A model generated the notes under the pieces. That model made no database searches. It was not told the origin of the DNA and worked only from the letters and a program-made list of their open reading frames with translations. Source: Cyanobacteria bacterium auto_48_18 (GTDB lineage: Bacteria > Cyanobacteriota > Vampirovibrionia > Obscuribacterales > Obscuribacteraceae). From it: a DNA stretch of 64,000 nucleotides. Shown here piece by piece: positions 37,712-47,480 of the stretch. Location: contig JAVHQC010000035.1 in NCBI GenBank assembly GCA_036170915.1, positions 224,001 to 288,000 of the forward strand. Reading direction: 5' to 3'. Each line of letters begins with the position of its first letter. Within the stretch, counting starts at the first letter, position 1. The position numbers and the translations under genes were made by a program.

Positions 37712-39745
37712 TTATTTGGCACAAATAAAGTCTAGTGCTTCAGGATTTTCAATTGAAGATAAATCTCCCGGCGCCTGGCCAAGATACTTGCGCTTAATTG
37801 TAGCTCTGACGATTTTCCCAGAACGAGTTTTAGGCAACGCGGCCACAGCCAAAATAGTATCAGGTTTAAGAGTCGAACCTAACTTAACACCCACCATGCT
37901 GCGCAGCTCGGCCATCTTAGCTTCATTCAAATTCTCCCCTGGCATCATTACCAGGAAACATACCAGGCACTCGCCTTTGAGCTCATGGGGCACCCCAATC
38001 ACTGCGGCTTCTGAGACTGATGGGTGTTCGACCAGAACCGATTCTACTTCGCCCGGCCCCACTCTTTTACCCGAGACTTTGATGGTGTCGTCGGAGCGGC
38101 CAAACAAAAACCATGAGCCGTCTTTGTCGACTTTTGCCCAGTCGCCGTGGTACCAGACACCAGGAAATTTAGTGAAATAGGTTTCGATATAGCGGTCAGG
38201 ATCTTTAAGAAAACCCCTGGTCATGGACGGTGCCGGCTTGCGACAGACCAGATGGCCAATTTCGCCATGAATACTTTTACCGTCTTCAGAAAAAACGTCA
38301 ATATCCATACCAAGGCCAGGCGCACCAAGTGAACAAGCTTTTAAGGGCATCACCGGCAGTGGCGACAGCAAACAGCCAACTATTTCAGTGCCACCAGAAA
38401 TATTGATAATCGGGCAGCGTTTTTTGCCTACTTGCTCAAAGAACCACATATAGCTGTCTTCATCCCAGGCCTCGCCGGTGGAGCCAAGCAGACGCAAACT
38501 AGAAAGGTCGTTCTTATCAACCCAATCGTTACCCTGTGCTTTTAAACTGCGAATCAAAGTGGGGCTGATGCCGAGGCTTTTAACTTTGTAGCGCTCGCAA
38601 ATTTTCCACACAGCGTCTGGTTCAGGATAAGCAGGGTGCCCTTCGTAGATAAGCATGGTGGCACCCCAGAATGTGGTGCCGATCATCTCCCAGGGGCCCA
38701 TCATCCAACCAATATCGGAAACCCAGAAAAAGACATCGTCAGGTCGCAAGTCAAAAGCGAAACCGAGCTCTTTAGCAATTTGTGCCAGAGCACCAGCATG
38801 AGTATGCACCGTACCTTTTGGTTTACCTGTGGTACCTGAAGTATAAAGATACATAGAAGGATGTTCAGCGGAAAGATTTGCGACGGTACTGGCTTCTTCG
38901 GCATCGTTGACTAGATCGTTAAACCACAAATCTCGGCCGCTCTGCATGGGTGCGCCGCTATCGCAATGCTTGAGCACCACCATGTGTTCCAGCGATGGCA
39001 CCATTGCTGCAGCCTGGTCAGCTTCAGCTTTAATCGGTATCAATTTGCCGCGTCGCTTACCCGAGTCAGCCGTAAATAAAATCTTTGCTTCGGCATCGTT
39101 CAGTCTGGTCGCCAGTGATTCAGGGCCGAAGCCACTGAAGACAGGTACGGCAACGGCGCCAATCTTAAAGCAGGCAAAGAGCACCGCCACCACTTCCGGT
39201 ACCATAGGCATATAGATACCGATGGCGTCCCCAGCTTTAACATTGAGCTTAAGCATGGCGCCGGCGATTTTTCCACTCAGCGCGCTGAGCTCACCATAAC
39301 TATACTGGCGCTTGCGGCCATCTTCACCTTCCCAAATAAGTGCTGGATGATCTGCACCCACACTGACGCGATCACCTGCAACTTTGCCCTTCTCCAAATG
39401 CCAATCAAGAGTGTTGGACATGATGTTCAACTCACCACCCACGAACCATTCAGTCCAGGGGAAACCTTTCGAGCTATCCATCAATTTTGTGTAAGGTTTA
39501 TGCCACTGAAAACCCATGTATTCAAGCGCTGCTTGCCAGAACCAGTCGGTGTCTCGATTAGACTCGTCAATTAAAGTCTGCCAATCGGCAATGTCGTGCT
39601 TCTGCATGAAATCAACCACCCGGCTCTTGAGATAATCTCCGCTGGGACTCCAGATGATTTCGGTGGCAGCATTAACTGAATCGGTTGCCAAATTGGTTTT
39701 ACTCATGTTGATATTTCGCTCGCTAGCGCTAGTCTTAAGGCTCAA
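37712..39745 (-). CDS. AMP-forming acyl-CoA ligase (acetoacetyl-CoA-synthetase-like)
   Basis: YTSGTTGKPKG, SDIGWMMG, STGE, NISGGTE, HGD, GRSDD, PKTRSGK; start could be the ATG at 39706. Confidence 0.9.
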   Translation of the reverse strand: MSLKTSASERNINMSKTNLATDSVNAATEIIWSPSGDYLKSRVVDFMQKHDIADWQTLIDESNRDTDWFWQAALEYMGFQWHKPYTKLMDSSKGFPWTEWFVGGELNIMSNTLDWHLEKGKVAGDRVSVGADHPALIWEGEDGRKRQYSYGELSALSGKIAGAMLKLNVKAGDAIGIYMPMVPEVVAVLFACFKIGAVAVPVFSGFGPESLATRLNDAEAKILFTADSGKRRGKLIPIKAEADQAAAMVPSLEHMVVLKHCDSGAPMQSGRDLWFNDLVNDAEEASTVANLSAEHPSMYLYTSGTTGKPKGTVHTHAGALAQIAKELGFAFDLRPDDVFFWVSDIGWMMGPWEMIGTTFWGATMLIYEGHPAYPEPDAVWKICERYKVKSLGISPTLIRSLKAQGNDWVDKNDLSSLRLLGSTGEAWDEDSYMWFFEQVGKKRCPIINISGGTEIVGCLLSPLPVMPLKACSLGAPGLGMDIDVFSEDGKSIHGEIGHLVCRKPAPSMTRGFLKDPDRYIETYFTKFPGVWYHGDWAKVDKDGSWFLFGRSDDTIKVSGKRVGPGEVESVLVEHPSVSEAAVIGVPHELKGECLVCFLVMMPGENLNEAKMAELRSMVGVKLGSTLKPDTILAVAALPKTRSGKIVRATIKRKYLGQAPGDLSSIENPEALDFICAK

Positions 39746-39797
39746 ATTTTAGCGCTGGAAGGCACTTTACAATATCAAAACAGGCAAAGAAAAATTA

Positions 39798-40157
39798 TCA
39801 AGGCTGGGAAAATATTCCAGGAATGGCTCCCACCAGAGCTTCCACGGCCAGAAGAACGCAGCCAAGCAAATTGGCAGTCAGTGCGCAAGCCCACACCAGC
39901 TTGGGATCTTTGCTTTCAAGCAGCATTAAAACCGTGCCTTCCACCATGAATGAGTAAGTGCCGAACAGGGTCAAACCCATGGGCATGGAGCCGGTTATAT
40001 ACGGGCCCAGGCCTAAGACGAGGCCTAAGAAAGAAGCGAAGTTCATCATCAGCGAATCAAACATTGAGCGCGGCAAAGAAGCCCATTTCATGCGCCAGAG
40101 TACGATGCCTTCAACAATGACAATAGGGACAAACTGAAATATATAAAAGCCGAGCAT
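39798..40157 (-). CDS. Small 4-TM hypothetical membrane protein
   Basis: Hydrophobic, with an internal repeat (IVEGIVL..N / MVEGTVL..N). Confidence 0.65.
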   Translation of the reverse strand: MLGFYIFQFVPIVIVEGIVLWRMKWASLPRSMFDSLMMNFASFLGLVLGLGPYITGSMPMGLTLFGTYSFMVEGTVLMLLESKDPKLVWACALTANLLGCVLLAVEALVGAIPGIFSQP

Positions 40158-40250
40158 GCGCCTATTGTAGTCGAGATTTGTTTGACTAGTTGATACTTGT
40201 GGTGATAGCTAGGGTGGTAGTTTAGTGATGCCTAGAGGCCACCTAGAGAT

Positions 40251-40299
40251 TTTTTACAACCTCTAAGTTGTAAAAATGTACAACTTATGAGTTGTAAAA
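40251..40299. promoter_or_regulatory. Two tandem palindromes TACAAC-N6-GTTGTA
   Basis: TTTTTACAAC-ctctaa-GTTGTAAAAA and TACAACT-tatg-AGTTGTA, 24 bp apart. Confidence 0.55.
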
Positions 40300-40360
40300 T
40301 TTCTTAGGCGAGCAGATTAGACACCGCCAGGTGTCCACGAGCAAAAATCCAAACAAAACA

Positions 40361-40948
40361 CTACTGTTTATGCGCTGCCACCATAGCAAGAAAGTAACGG
40401 TGCACACGCAAATCGCCGGTAATCTCAGGGTGGAAAGCAGTCACCAGCAAATTATTCTGCCTGGCCATGACAATTCCGTCGTCTAATTGCGCCAATATTT
40501 CTACATCAGACCCACATTCAGTGATTACAGGCGCACGGATGAAGACTGCGGGGAAAGGTTCTGCACCAAGAGCATCAATGACAAGATCAGCTTCAAAACT
40601 GCGACGCTGCGGGCCAAATGCATTGCGCTTGACCTTGACGTCCATCACGGCCAGACGGCCTTGCTTAGAGCCTTCGATATCTTTGGCAAGAAAAATCGAG
40701 CCCATGCAGGTGCCGTAAACCGGAAGTTCTTCTTCGCTAATTTTTCTCTTGATGGCCGAAAAGACAGGTGCACTGCCATCATCAGTCAGCTTATCAACAG
40801 CTGTTGATTCACCACCAGGAATAATCAGACCATCCAGGGCGTCCAGATCTTCGGCATAACGCACAGCTACAGTTTTTACACCGCAGTCCGTAAGCATCTT
40901 CATATGCTCGGCGAAATCGCCTTGCAAAGCCAGCACTCCAACAATCAT
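40361..40948 (-). CDS. pdxT: PLP synthase glutaminase subunit
   Basis: GVLALQG, PGGEST, GTCMG, RNAFG.Q, FIRAP, FHPE. Confidence 0.96.
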   Translation of the reverse strand: MIVGVLALQGDFAEHMKMLTDCGVKTVAVRYAEDLDALDGLIIPGGESTAVDKLTDDGSAPVFSAIKRKISEEELPVYGTCMGSIFLAKDIEGSKQGRLAVMDVKVKRNAFGPQRRSFEADLVIDALGAEPFPAVFIRAPVITECGSDVEILAQLDDGIVMARQNNLLVTAFHPEITGDLRVHRYFLAMVAAHKQ

Positions 40949-40953
40949 AAAAT

Positions 40954-41853
40954 CTACCAGCCGCGGCTAGCCAGAGTTTCTGCCGGAGCCAGATCACGAC
41001 AGTTGCGTCCGACCATAGCTTCGCCTAAATTGCGACTTACTTTTGCCAGAACTTCAGGATCTTTATAGAAGGTGGTGGCTTTAACTATGGCTTGAGCGCG
41101 CTGCATCGGATTGCCTGATTTGAAAATACCAGAGCCGACAAAGACGCCGTCTACACCAAGTTGCATCATCAAAGCAGCGTCAGCTGGAGTGGCAATGCCG
41201 CCGGCGGCGAAATTGACTACAGGTAATTTGCCTTCAGCTGCAACTTTGACGATTAACTCGTAAGGAGCACCAATATTCTTGGCATAGCTCATTAGTTCTT
41301 CTTTGGGCATGGCGGTAAGTCGTCTGATTTCGCCCAGAATGGCCCGGGCGTGTCGTACGGCTTCAACCACATCACCAGTGCCGGCTTCACCTTTAGTGCG
41401 CATCATGGCAGCACCTTCGCCAATGCGCCTCAATGCTTCACCAAGATTTTTAGCACCGCAAACAAAAGGAATGGTGAAAGCGTTTTTGTCGATGTGGAAT
41501 TCTTCATCGGCAGGAGTCAGAACTTCGCTTTCGTCAACACAGTCAACACCTAGCGATTCAAGAATTTGAGCTTCCACAAAGTGGCCAATTCTTGCTTTCG
41601 CCATAACTGGAATTGAAACTGATTCAATAATCTGAATAATCAATTCAGGGTCACTCATGCGGGCAACACCACCATCGGCGCGAATGTCAGCTGGTACACG
41701 CTCAAGAGCCATAACCGCTACTGCACCGGCTTCTTCTGCAATCTTTGCCTGTTCAGCATTGACCACATCCATAATTACTCCGCCTTTGAGCATTTGTGCC
41801 AATGCTTCTTTGACGAGTCTGGTACCTGTTCTTGGTGTAATTACTGTAGACAT
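40954..41853 (-). CDS. pdxS: PLP synthase lyase subunit
   Basis: [39 protein letters not shown]. Confidence 0.98.
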   Translation of the reverse strand: MSTVITPRTGTRLVKEALAQMLKGGVIMDVVNAEQAKIAEEAGAVAVMALERVPADIRADGGVARMSDPELIIQIIESVSIPVMAKARIGHFVEAQILESLGVDCVDESEVLTPADEEFHIDKNAFTIPFVCGAKNLGEALRRIGEGAAMMRTKGEAGTGDVVEAVRHARAILGEIRRLTAMPKEELMSYAKNIGAPYELIVKVAAEGKLPVVNFAAGGIATPADAALMMQLGVDGVFVGSGIFKSGNPMQRAQAIVKATTFYKDPEVLAKVSRNLGEAMVGRNCRDLAPAETLASRGW

Positions 41854-41900
41854 GTGAACTCCTGATTAAGTGTGATGATTGTTCGTCGAAAAAACTAGAA

Positions 41901-43535
41901 TTAAATCAATACGTGCTCGTTGTGCCTTTGCCTGATGGTGTTGGCAGCCCGCTCAAGGTAGTGATGGTCGAGATACTTTGTGATTGCCCGGGTCAATCTT
42001 TTGATGCCTTCAACTATGCGCTCGTTGGAATTTTGAATAAAACAAAGGCGCAAATGATTGAGCGAATTAGAATCAAGGAAACACAAATCGCCAGGCGAAA
42101 ACACAACTTTTTCAGCCACGGCAAATTCGAGTAAATCGCGATTTGATACACCCTCAGGCAAAGTCAGCCAGATGAATAAACCGCCTGCTGGTGTGGACCA
42201 GCTGATATCAGGATAGTGGCGCAACTCTTGGCTTAGAGCAGCAATGATTGTATCGCGACGTTCAGCGTAGATTTTGTTGACTTTGCTTAAGTGCTCCTGA
42301 TAAAGACCACGGTGCAAAAATTCGGTGAGAATAACCTGGGCCATAGAATTGGTAGCTAAATCGCTGGTTCTTTTTGCAAAACTCAATTTATCAATTACAT
42401 CTTGTGGTGCTACCAGCCAGCCAAGCCGAATGCCAGGGCAGAGGGCCTTGGAGAAAGTACCTTGATAAATGACCATATCTTCGCCGCCAGGCAGCGACCT
42501 CAGAGAAGGTAGGGGTTCGCCATCGTAAGCCAGATCGCCAGAGTAATCGTCTTCTAAAATAGGAGTTTGGTATTTGCGTGCCAGAGCTAACAGGCCCTTT
42601 CGCCTGGCCAGTGACATAGTAATACCGGTGGGATTCTGATTGTTAGGCATGACATAAATAAACTTAGGCTGATACCGAATCAGGTGCCCTTCCACAGCTT
42701 GCAGTGAAATGCCTTCTTCATCAAGCGGGCAACCAATAAGCTGCGCCTGTCTGGCTTTAAAATTAGAAATGGCCCAGAAATATGTGGGCTCTTCTACTAG
42801 AACGCAGTCACCCGGATCAATCAGTAAGTTAGCCACCAGGTCAATACCTTGCTGAGAGCCGCTGAGAATCAGCAGTTCTTGATCGGCAAAGCTCATGCCG
42901 CGCAAAGCTAAATGCTTGGTCACCGCCCTGCGCAAGTCAGGCTCTCCGGCAAAGGGGCTGTAATCAAACATGGTGGCACCACGGCCGTGAGACAAAAGAT
43001 CAAGAACGATTTTTTCGAACTCATGACTGGGATAAGAGTCTTGCGACGGTATGCCACCAGCAAATGAAATGAATGCATCGCCAGAACTTAGCTGGGGCAA
43101 TTTGTTCATAGAACTTGAGAGGCCATCAGCATAGCGAGAAAAAATTGCCGGCCACTGAACTTTTTCTTCTGACGTTGATAAGGACAATTGCTTACCGGTA
43201 CTTGAGCTCAAATTAGAGCGCGCACTGGCAGAACTTAAAGAACTGACAGAACTTACAAAAGTCCCGCGACCGACATGCGACTCAATCAATCCAAGCTGCG
43301 AGAGTTCAAGGTAAGCTCTAGCTACCGTAGAGCGATCTATTTTGAGTTCTTGAGCCAGTTCACGATTGGTAGGCAGGCGAACTCCGGCAGCCATTTCGCC
43401 AGACTGAATTGCCGCCTTGAGGCTTTCCACCACTCGCACATATAAGTGAGAGTTGCTTGGTTTAGCCGCAGATTTGACTGCGATGCTTCTGCTGACTCCA
43501 GCCAATTCTTGGGCTAATTTATCCTGCCAATTCAT
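41901..43535 (-). CDS. MocR/GabR-family PLP-dependent regulator (PdxR-like)
   Basis: GntR wHTH (LPTNRELA...TVARAY...GRGTFV) plus aminotransferase domain (QNPTG, EDDY, TFSK PLP Lys); directly upstream of pdxS. Confidence 0.92.
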   Translation of the reverse strand: MNWQDKLAQELAGVSRSIAVKSAAKPSNSHLYVRVVESLKAAIQSGEMAAGVRLPTNRELAQELKIDRSTVARAYLELSQLGLIESHVGRGTFVSSVSSLSSASARSNLSSSTGKQLSLSTSEEKVQWPAIFSRYADGLSSSMNKLPQLSSGDAFISFAGGIPSQDSYPSHEFEKIVLDLLSHGRGATMFDYSPFAGEPDLRRAVTKHLALRGMSFADQELLILSGSQQGIDLVANLLIDPGDCVLVEEPTYFWAISNFKARQAQLIGCPLDEEGISLQAVEGHLIRYQPKFIYVMPNNQNPTGITMSLARRKGLLALARKYQTPILEDDYSGDLAYDGEPLPSLRSLPGGEDMVIYQGTFSKALCPGIRLGWLVAPQDVIDKLSFAKRTSDLATNSMAQVILTEFLHRGLYQEHLSKVNKIYAERRDTIIAALSQELRHYPDISWSTPAGGLFIWLTLPEGVSNRDLLEFAVAEKVVFSPGDLCFLDSNSLNHLRLCFIQNSNERIVEGIKRLTRAITKYLDHHYLERAANTIRQRHNEHVLI

Positions 43536-43634
43536 TTATAGACCGTTTACAGACCAATTATAGACCATGATTGACCCAATATATACCAGCCATTACTGCC
43601 AGGCAATCCAGCCAATGTCATAATTTACCAGCCA
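43536..43634. promoter_or_regulatory. Phased direct repeats upstream of the MocR gene
   Basis: TTAYAGACC at 43536, 43547 and 43558 (11-bp period); CCAGCCA at 43586, 43608 and 43628. Confidence 0.6.
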
Positions 43635-43679
43635 ATTCGATAAAAGGCTTTAAATGGTTTTTACATGGAAGCTAAAAGA

Positions 43680-44513
43680 CTAAATAGCTGAATGATCGGC
43701 AGAATCGGCTAATTCAGGATCAAATTCACCAGGAGATTTTAATTCTCCGTGCGATGCAGCAGCGATGTTGAGTTCTCTTTTTTGATCGAGCACTGAATCA
43801 ATGTTCACACCAGAAAATGCAGCGAGAAAAGATAGCCCCAGGTTGCTTGCAAACATAAGTGACATAGCAACTGACACCATGCCATTGAATGTGGTGACAG
43901 ATATTGCCAGCATGCAGAGCCAGACCGGCAGATGCGCCCACGCTAGAGATCGTGGCAAGACGCGGGTTCTACTCAGACAATGAGTAATCGCTAAACCGGC
44001 CAGACCATACAAGGCTGACGAAATCATGAAGGTCTCAGTAATTGATTGATTGATCAAAGTCCAGCCGATTTGCACCAGTTCGTTGCCCGTGTAGGTACAA
44101 ATGGCAGTGCCTTGCAGGGCGATATCACTGAACAAAACCATCATTCGGCTCACAGCAGCAAGATCTTGCGAACAAGCCAGAACAGCCAAACATACAGCCA
44201 CGCCGATGATAAAGCGAAATTTCTCTTCTAGTATTTCTCGCATGGCGAGAATGAAAACTAGAGTAGAGATACTGGAGCATATTACCGAGAGACAGCAAAT
44301 TCTCCACAACACAAGATGTCGCGGCACAAATTCCATCAAACGGGCTGGTGTAAAATCGACGAAATTTCCTTCGCGAAAAGCGTAAACGCAAAGCAGCGTT
44401 GCCGCAGTGTGAGCGATGGCGGCAAGCAAGCAAGTAAGTTGCACAAAGCGGTGGCGCCGCATGGGCGAAGGTGCAGAAACGAGGGCTGTTGTATCTGGCT
44501 TAAAATCAGCCAT
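43680..44513 (-). CDS. Hypothetical polytopic membrane protein
   Basis: About 6 hydrophobic segments; coupled to the serS 3' end. Confidence 0.7.
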   Translation of the reverse strand: MADFKPDTTALVSAPSPMRRHRFVQLTCLLAAIAHTAATLLCVYAFREGNFVDFTPARLMEFVPRHLVLWRICCLSVICSSISTLVFILAMREILEEKFRFIIGVAVCLAVLACSQDLAAVSRMMVLFSDIALQGTAICTYTGNELVQIGWTLINQSITETFMISSALYGLAGLAITHCLSRTRVLPRSLAWAHLPVWLCMLAISVTTFNGMVSVAMSLMFASNLGLSFLAAFSGVNIDSVLDQKRELNIAAASHGELKSPGEFDPELADSADHSAI

Positions 44514-44517
44514 TGAC

Positions 44518-45801
44518 TCAAGTAACTGCTGCTAGTTTGGCTGCAATGACGCTGACACCCATGTATGGTTGCAACACAGTGGGCACTCTCACAGAACCGT
44601 CGGGCTGTTGATTGTTTTCCAGAATGGCTGCCATGGCCCTACCAATCGCTAAACCAGAGCCGTTGATGGTATGCAAATATTTCGCTTTGCCACCATCAGT
44701 GGGTTTGTAGCGCAGATTGGCACGGCGCGCCTGGAAGTCACCAAAGACTGAGCAAGAGCTGATTTCACGATACTTATCTTGAGCAGGGAACCAAACTTCC
44801 AGGTCATAACACTTGGAGGCACAAAAACCCATGTCACCGCTGCAAAGCAGCATGCGTCGATAAGGTAATTCAAGAGCTTCTAAAATAAGTTCGGCGTCCC
44901 GTGTCAATTTTTCATGTTCTTCAGCACTGGTTTCGGGAGTGCAAAATTTAACCAGTTCGACTTTATTGAACTGATGCTGGCGAATGTATCCGCGAGTGTC
45001 TTTACCAGCGCTGCCTGCTTCTCGTCTAAAATTAGGCGTATACGCGCAATGATTAATGGGCAAATCGGCTTCGTCAATTACTTCTTCTCGATAGAGATTG
45101 GTAATCGGCACTTCCGCCGTTGGCACCAGATATAGTTCGTCATCAGCGCACTTGTAAAAGTCATCGGCAAATTTAGGTAACTGGCCTGTGCCCACTAAAC
45201 AATTTCGATTTACCAAAATTGGGGGAAAGACTTCGCTATAGCCCCGCTTAGAATGGCTATCGAGCATGAAATTCATCAATGCTCGCTCCATTTTTGCGCC
45301 CCAGTTCATCAGAACTGTGAAGCGCGACTCGGCAATTTTTACGCCGCGTTCAAAATCGAAGATGCCTAATTCAGCACCGATATCATAGTGATGGCGCGGA
45401 TTTTTGATACCAGGGATGGTGCCCCAGGTAGAGATAATTTTGTTTTCTTCTTCATTTTTACCATCAGGCACGTCGGCGCCGGGCATGTTGGGAATAGCAA
45501 GAGCGAGCTGAGTTCTTTGCCCCTCGAGCACTCTCTTTTCTTCCTCGACTTCACCCTGTCGACTTTTAATTTCTTTGGTCTCGCTCTTAAAGCTCTCTTT
45601 TTCAGGGCCGGAAAGCTTACCAGACTTAAATAACTCAGAAATTTCATTGCTGCGGCAGTTTAATGCTTCCCATTCAGACTGCACTTTGCGCAACCTGGCG
45701 TCGATTTCTACCAGTTCTTTTATGGAAAAACCGCCGTGACGGCGTGCAAGCGCAGCTTCTACGGCGTCTGGATTTTCTCTGATCAATTTAAGGTCTAACA
45801 T
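44518..45801 (-). CDS. serS: Serine--tRNA ligase
   Basis: MLDLKLIR, PTAEVP, FRREAGS, RQHQFNKVE, EISSCS, HTINGSGLA.GR. Confidence 0.98.
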   Translation of the reverse strand: MLDLKLIRENPDAVEAALARRHGGFSIKELVEIDARLRKVQSEWEALNCRSNEISELFKSGKLSGPEKESFKSETKEIKSRQGEVEEEKRVLEGQRTQLALAIPNMPGADVPDGKNEEENKIISTWGTIPGIKNPRHHYDIGAELGIFDFERGVKIAESRFTVLMNWGAKMERALMNFMLDSHSKRGYSEVFPPILVNRNCLVGTGQLPKFADDFYKCADDELYLVPTAEVPITNLYREEVIDEADLPINHCAYTPNFRREAGSAGKDTRGYIRQHQFNKVELVKFCTPETSAEEHEKLTRDAELILEALELPYRRMLLCSGDMGFCASKCYDLEVWFPAQDKYREISSCSVFGDFQARRANLRYKPTDGGKAKYLHTINGSGLAIGRAMAAILENNQQPDGSVRVPTVLQPYMGVSVIAAKLAAVT

Positions 45802-45893
45802 TTTGAACTTCTTTGTGAGCGATGACGTTATAGGAAGTAGGGCCGGAATTTTCACCCGGTTCCAGATTATAGCTTTTGAGGAGGGGCAATGCC

Positions 45894-46403
45894 ATGGAAC
45901 TGACAGCTAATACTAAGAAGTGGAGACAAACTCTAGGCACATTAGGTGAACAAATAGCCTCTGAGTATCTGGCAGAGCAGGGTTTTCAATTGCTGGCGCA
46001 AAACTATAGAGCCGGTCGCAGCGGTGAAATTGACTTGATTGCCTTGAAAGACCTGCAGCCTGAGCGCAAAAAGCTGATTATGTTCGCAGAAGTCAAAACC
46101 AGACTGGAAGACAGCCCTGGCTGTGGTCTTGCACAAACTGGGCAAATGTCTATCGACTTGCGCAAGCAGAAAAAGATCATCACTACTGCTTTACATTTTC
46201 TCGGGCAAGCTAAACAGGTGGGCTCAAAAGTCTACATGCCGCAGTTGTCTGGCTCACGCACACTACAATTTGATGTGATTTTGATTAACTATCAGCTCAG
46301 CCGCAACCAGATACTGGCACTTCTGTTTGCAGGTGACCTGGTAACCCTGAGAAACAACGCCAGCGTCATTCATCTCATGGAGGCATTTGGGCGCTTTCAA
46401 TAA
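45894..46403 (+). CDS. YraN (UPF0102) family nuclease-like protein
   Basis: G..GE..A..YL, GEIDLIA, FAEVKTR, FDVI. Confidence 0.85.
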   Translation: MELTANTKKWRQTLGTLGEQIASEYLAEQGFQLLAQNYRAGRSGEIDLIALKDLQPERKKLIMFAEVKTRLEDSPGCGLAQTGQMSIDLRKQKKIITTALHFLGQAKQVGSKVYMPQLSGSRTLQFDVILINYQLSRNQILALLFAGDLVTLRNNASVIHLMEAFGRFQ

Positions 46404-46520
46404 ATTAATTTCAAAGTATATACTCAAAGGCCCTGGCTAATTACAGGCAGGGCCTTGGTATGTCAATATGGCAAGCGCAGGGAACAGATATCAGACTGAA
46501 GTGTTTTGAGGATTTAAATC

Positions 46521-47471
46521 ATGTTTTCTTGGAAAGACAAGCGCTCACAAGCAGAACAAGCGCAAATGCTCAAAGACACCATCAGCAATCACAAAGGGCT
46601 GAATAAGCGCGCTGTGGGCCTTTTTCCACAACCAAAAGATGAGCGCCCCAGCGACATTGATCTCTCCAGCCATGTCAAATTTCACAATCTTCTCGTTGCC
46701 ATTGAAGGCAGAGAAGAAACCTGCGTTATTCGCATGATTTCACCTGGTCAAAAGTGCCGGGCCGCCGCTCTGGTTTTTCGCGGCCGGGTGCTTGCCTGCG
46801 TCTACGGTCGAGAAGACAGCGAAACCCAGTTGCTCGGTCAAGAAGCATTCAATCAAGCCAAACTGCAAATGCTAGCCAGCGATGCCATTGTTGATACTTA
46901 TAAAATCGATGACAAAACTGCTATCGCCGCATCATCCATGTTTCATGGCGAGCTCTATGATCCGCAATGCATGATGACACCACAAGACGTTTTACATTTT
47001 TCACTCGAACATTTGCTTGAAAGCAACGCTCCAGGCACCATTGTCATCAACGAAGGCGACGGCACCAAAGCAATAATCTACACTTTTAAAGGGAAAGTAC
47101 ATGGTATTTTCTCCTTCAAAGACGGCTGGATTGAACCATCGATTGATAATGCCAGGGGAATTCTACACGGAATTTATAACGCCAATATTTCAGCGTCGAA
47201 ACTGCGCCTTTGCAATATCTGGGAACTGAAGCCATTTACTTTCTCCCTCACTGGTTTAGAAGAGCAGTTGTCTTCAGGCAAGCAATACGCTTCACTAAGC
47301 CTCGACTACTCTGAGTTGAAAAAAGTTGAGCAGAAGCACAAAGACGGCCTGGGTACTGCATTACATGCAGACAGAGAAGAACAATTCAAAGCTGCTCACC
47401 CTGAGAATGCCCCCAAAAGTAGCGGCAACCCATGGAAAAGTGCCCGCGGCAATAAAATCGGCGGAAACTAA
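46521..47471 (+). CDS. Hypothetical protein with two DUF4388/PATAN-like alpha/beta repeats
   Basis: AAALVFRGRVLAC and AIIYTFKGKVHGI repeats; 9 bp upstream of lysA. Confidence 0.6.
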   Translation: MFSWKDKRSQAEQAQMLKDTISNHKGLNKRAVGLFPQPKDERPSDIDLSSHVKFHNLLVAIEGREETCVIRMISPGQKCRAAALVFRGRVLACVYGREDSETQLLGQEAFNQAKLQMLASDAIVDTYKIDDKTAIAASSMFHGELYDPQCMMTPQDVLHFSLEHLLESNAPGTIVINEGDGTKAIIYTFKGKVHGIFSFKDGWIEPSIDNARGILHGIYNANISASKLRLCNIWELKPFTFSLTGLEEQLSSGKQYASLSLDYSELKKVEQKHKDGLGTALHADREEQFKAAHPENAPKSSGNPWKSARGNKIGGN

Positions 47472-47480
47472 AATTTACCA

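Noticed and set aside
35044..39745. Canonical dltABCD operon
   Set aside because: No acyl-carrier gene is present, and the ligase resembles CoA ligases rather than DltA.
46427..46456. Hairpin AAGGCCCTG/CAGGGCCTT as a terminator
   Set aside because: 12-nt loop and no U-tract; role unsupported.
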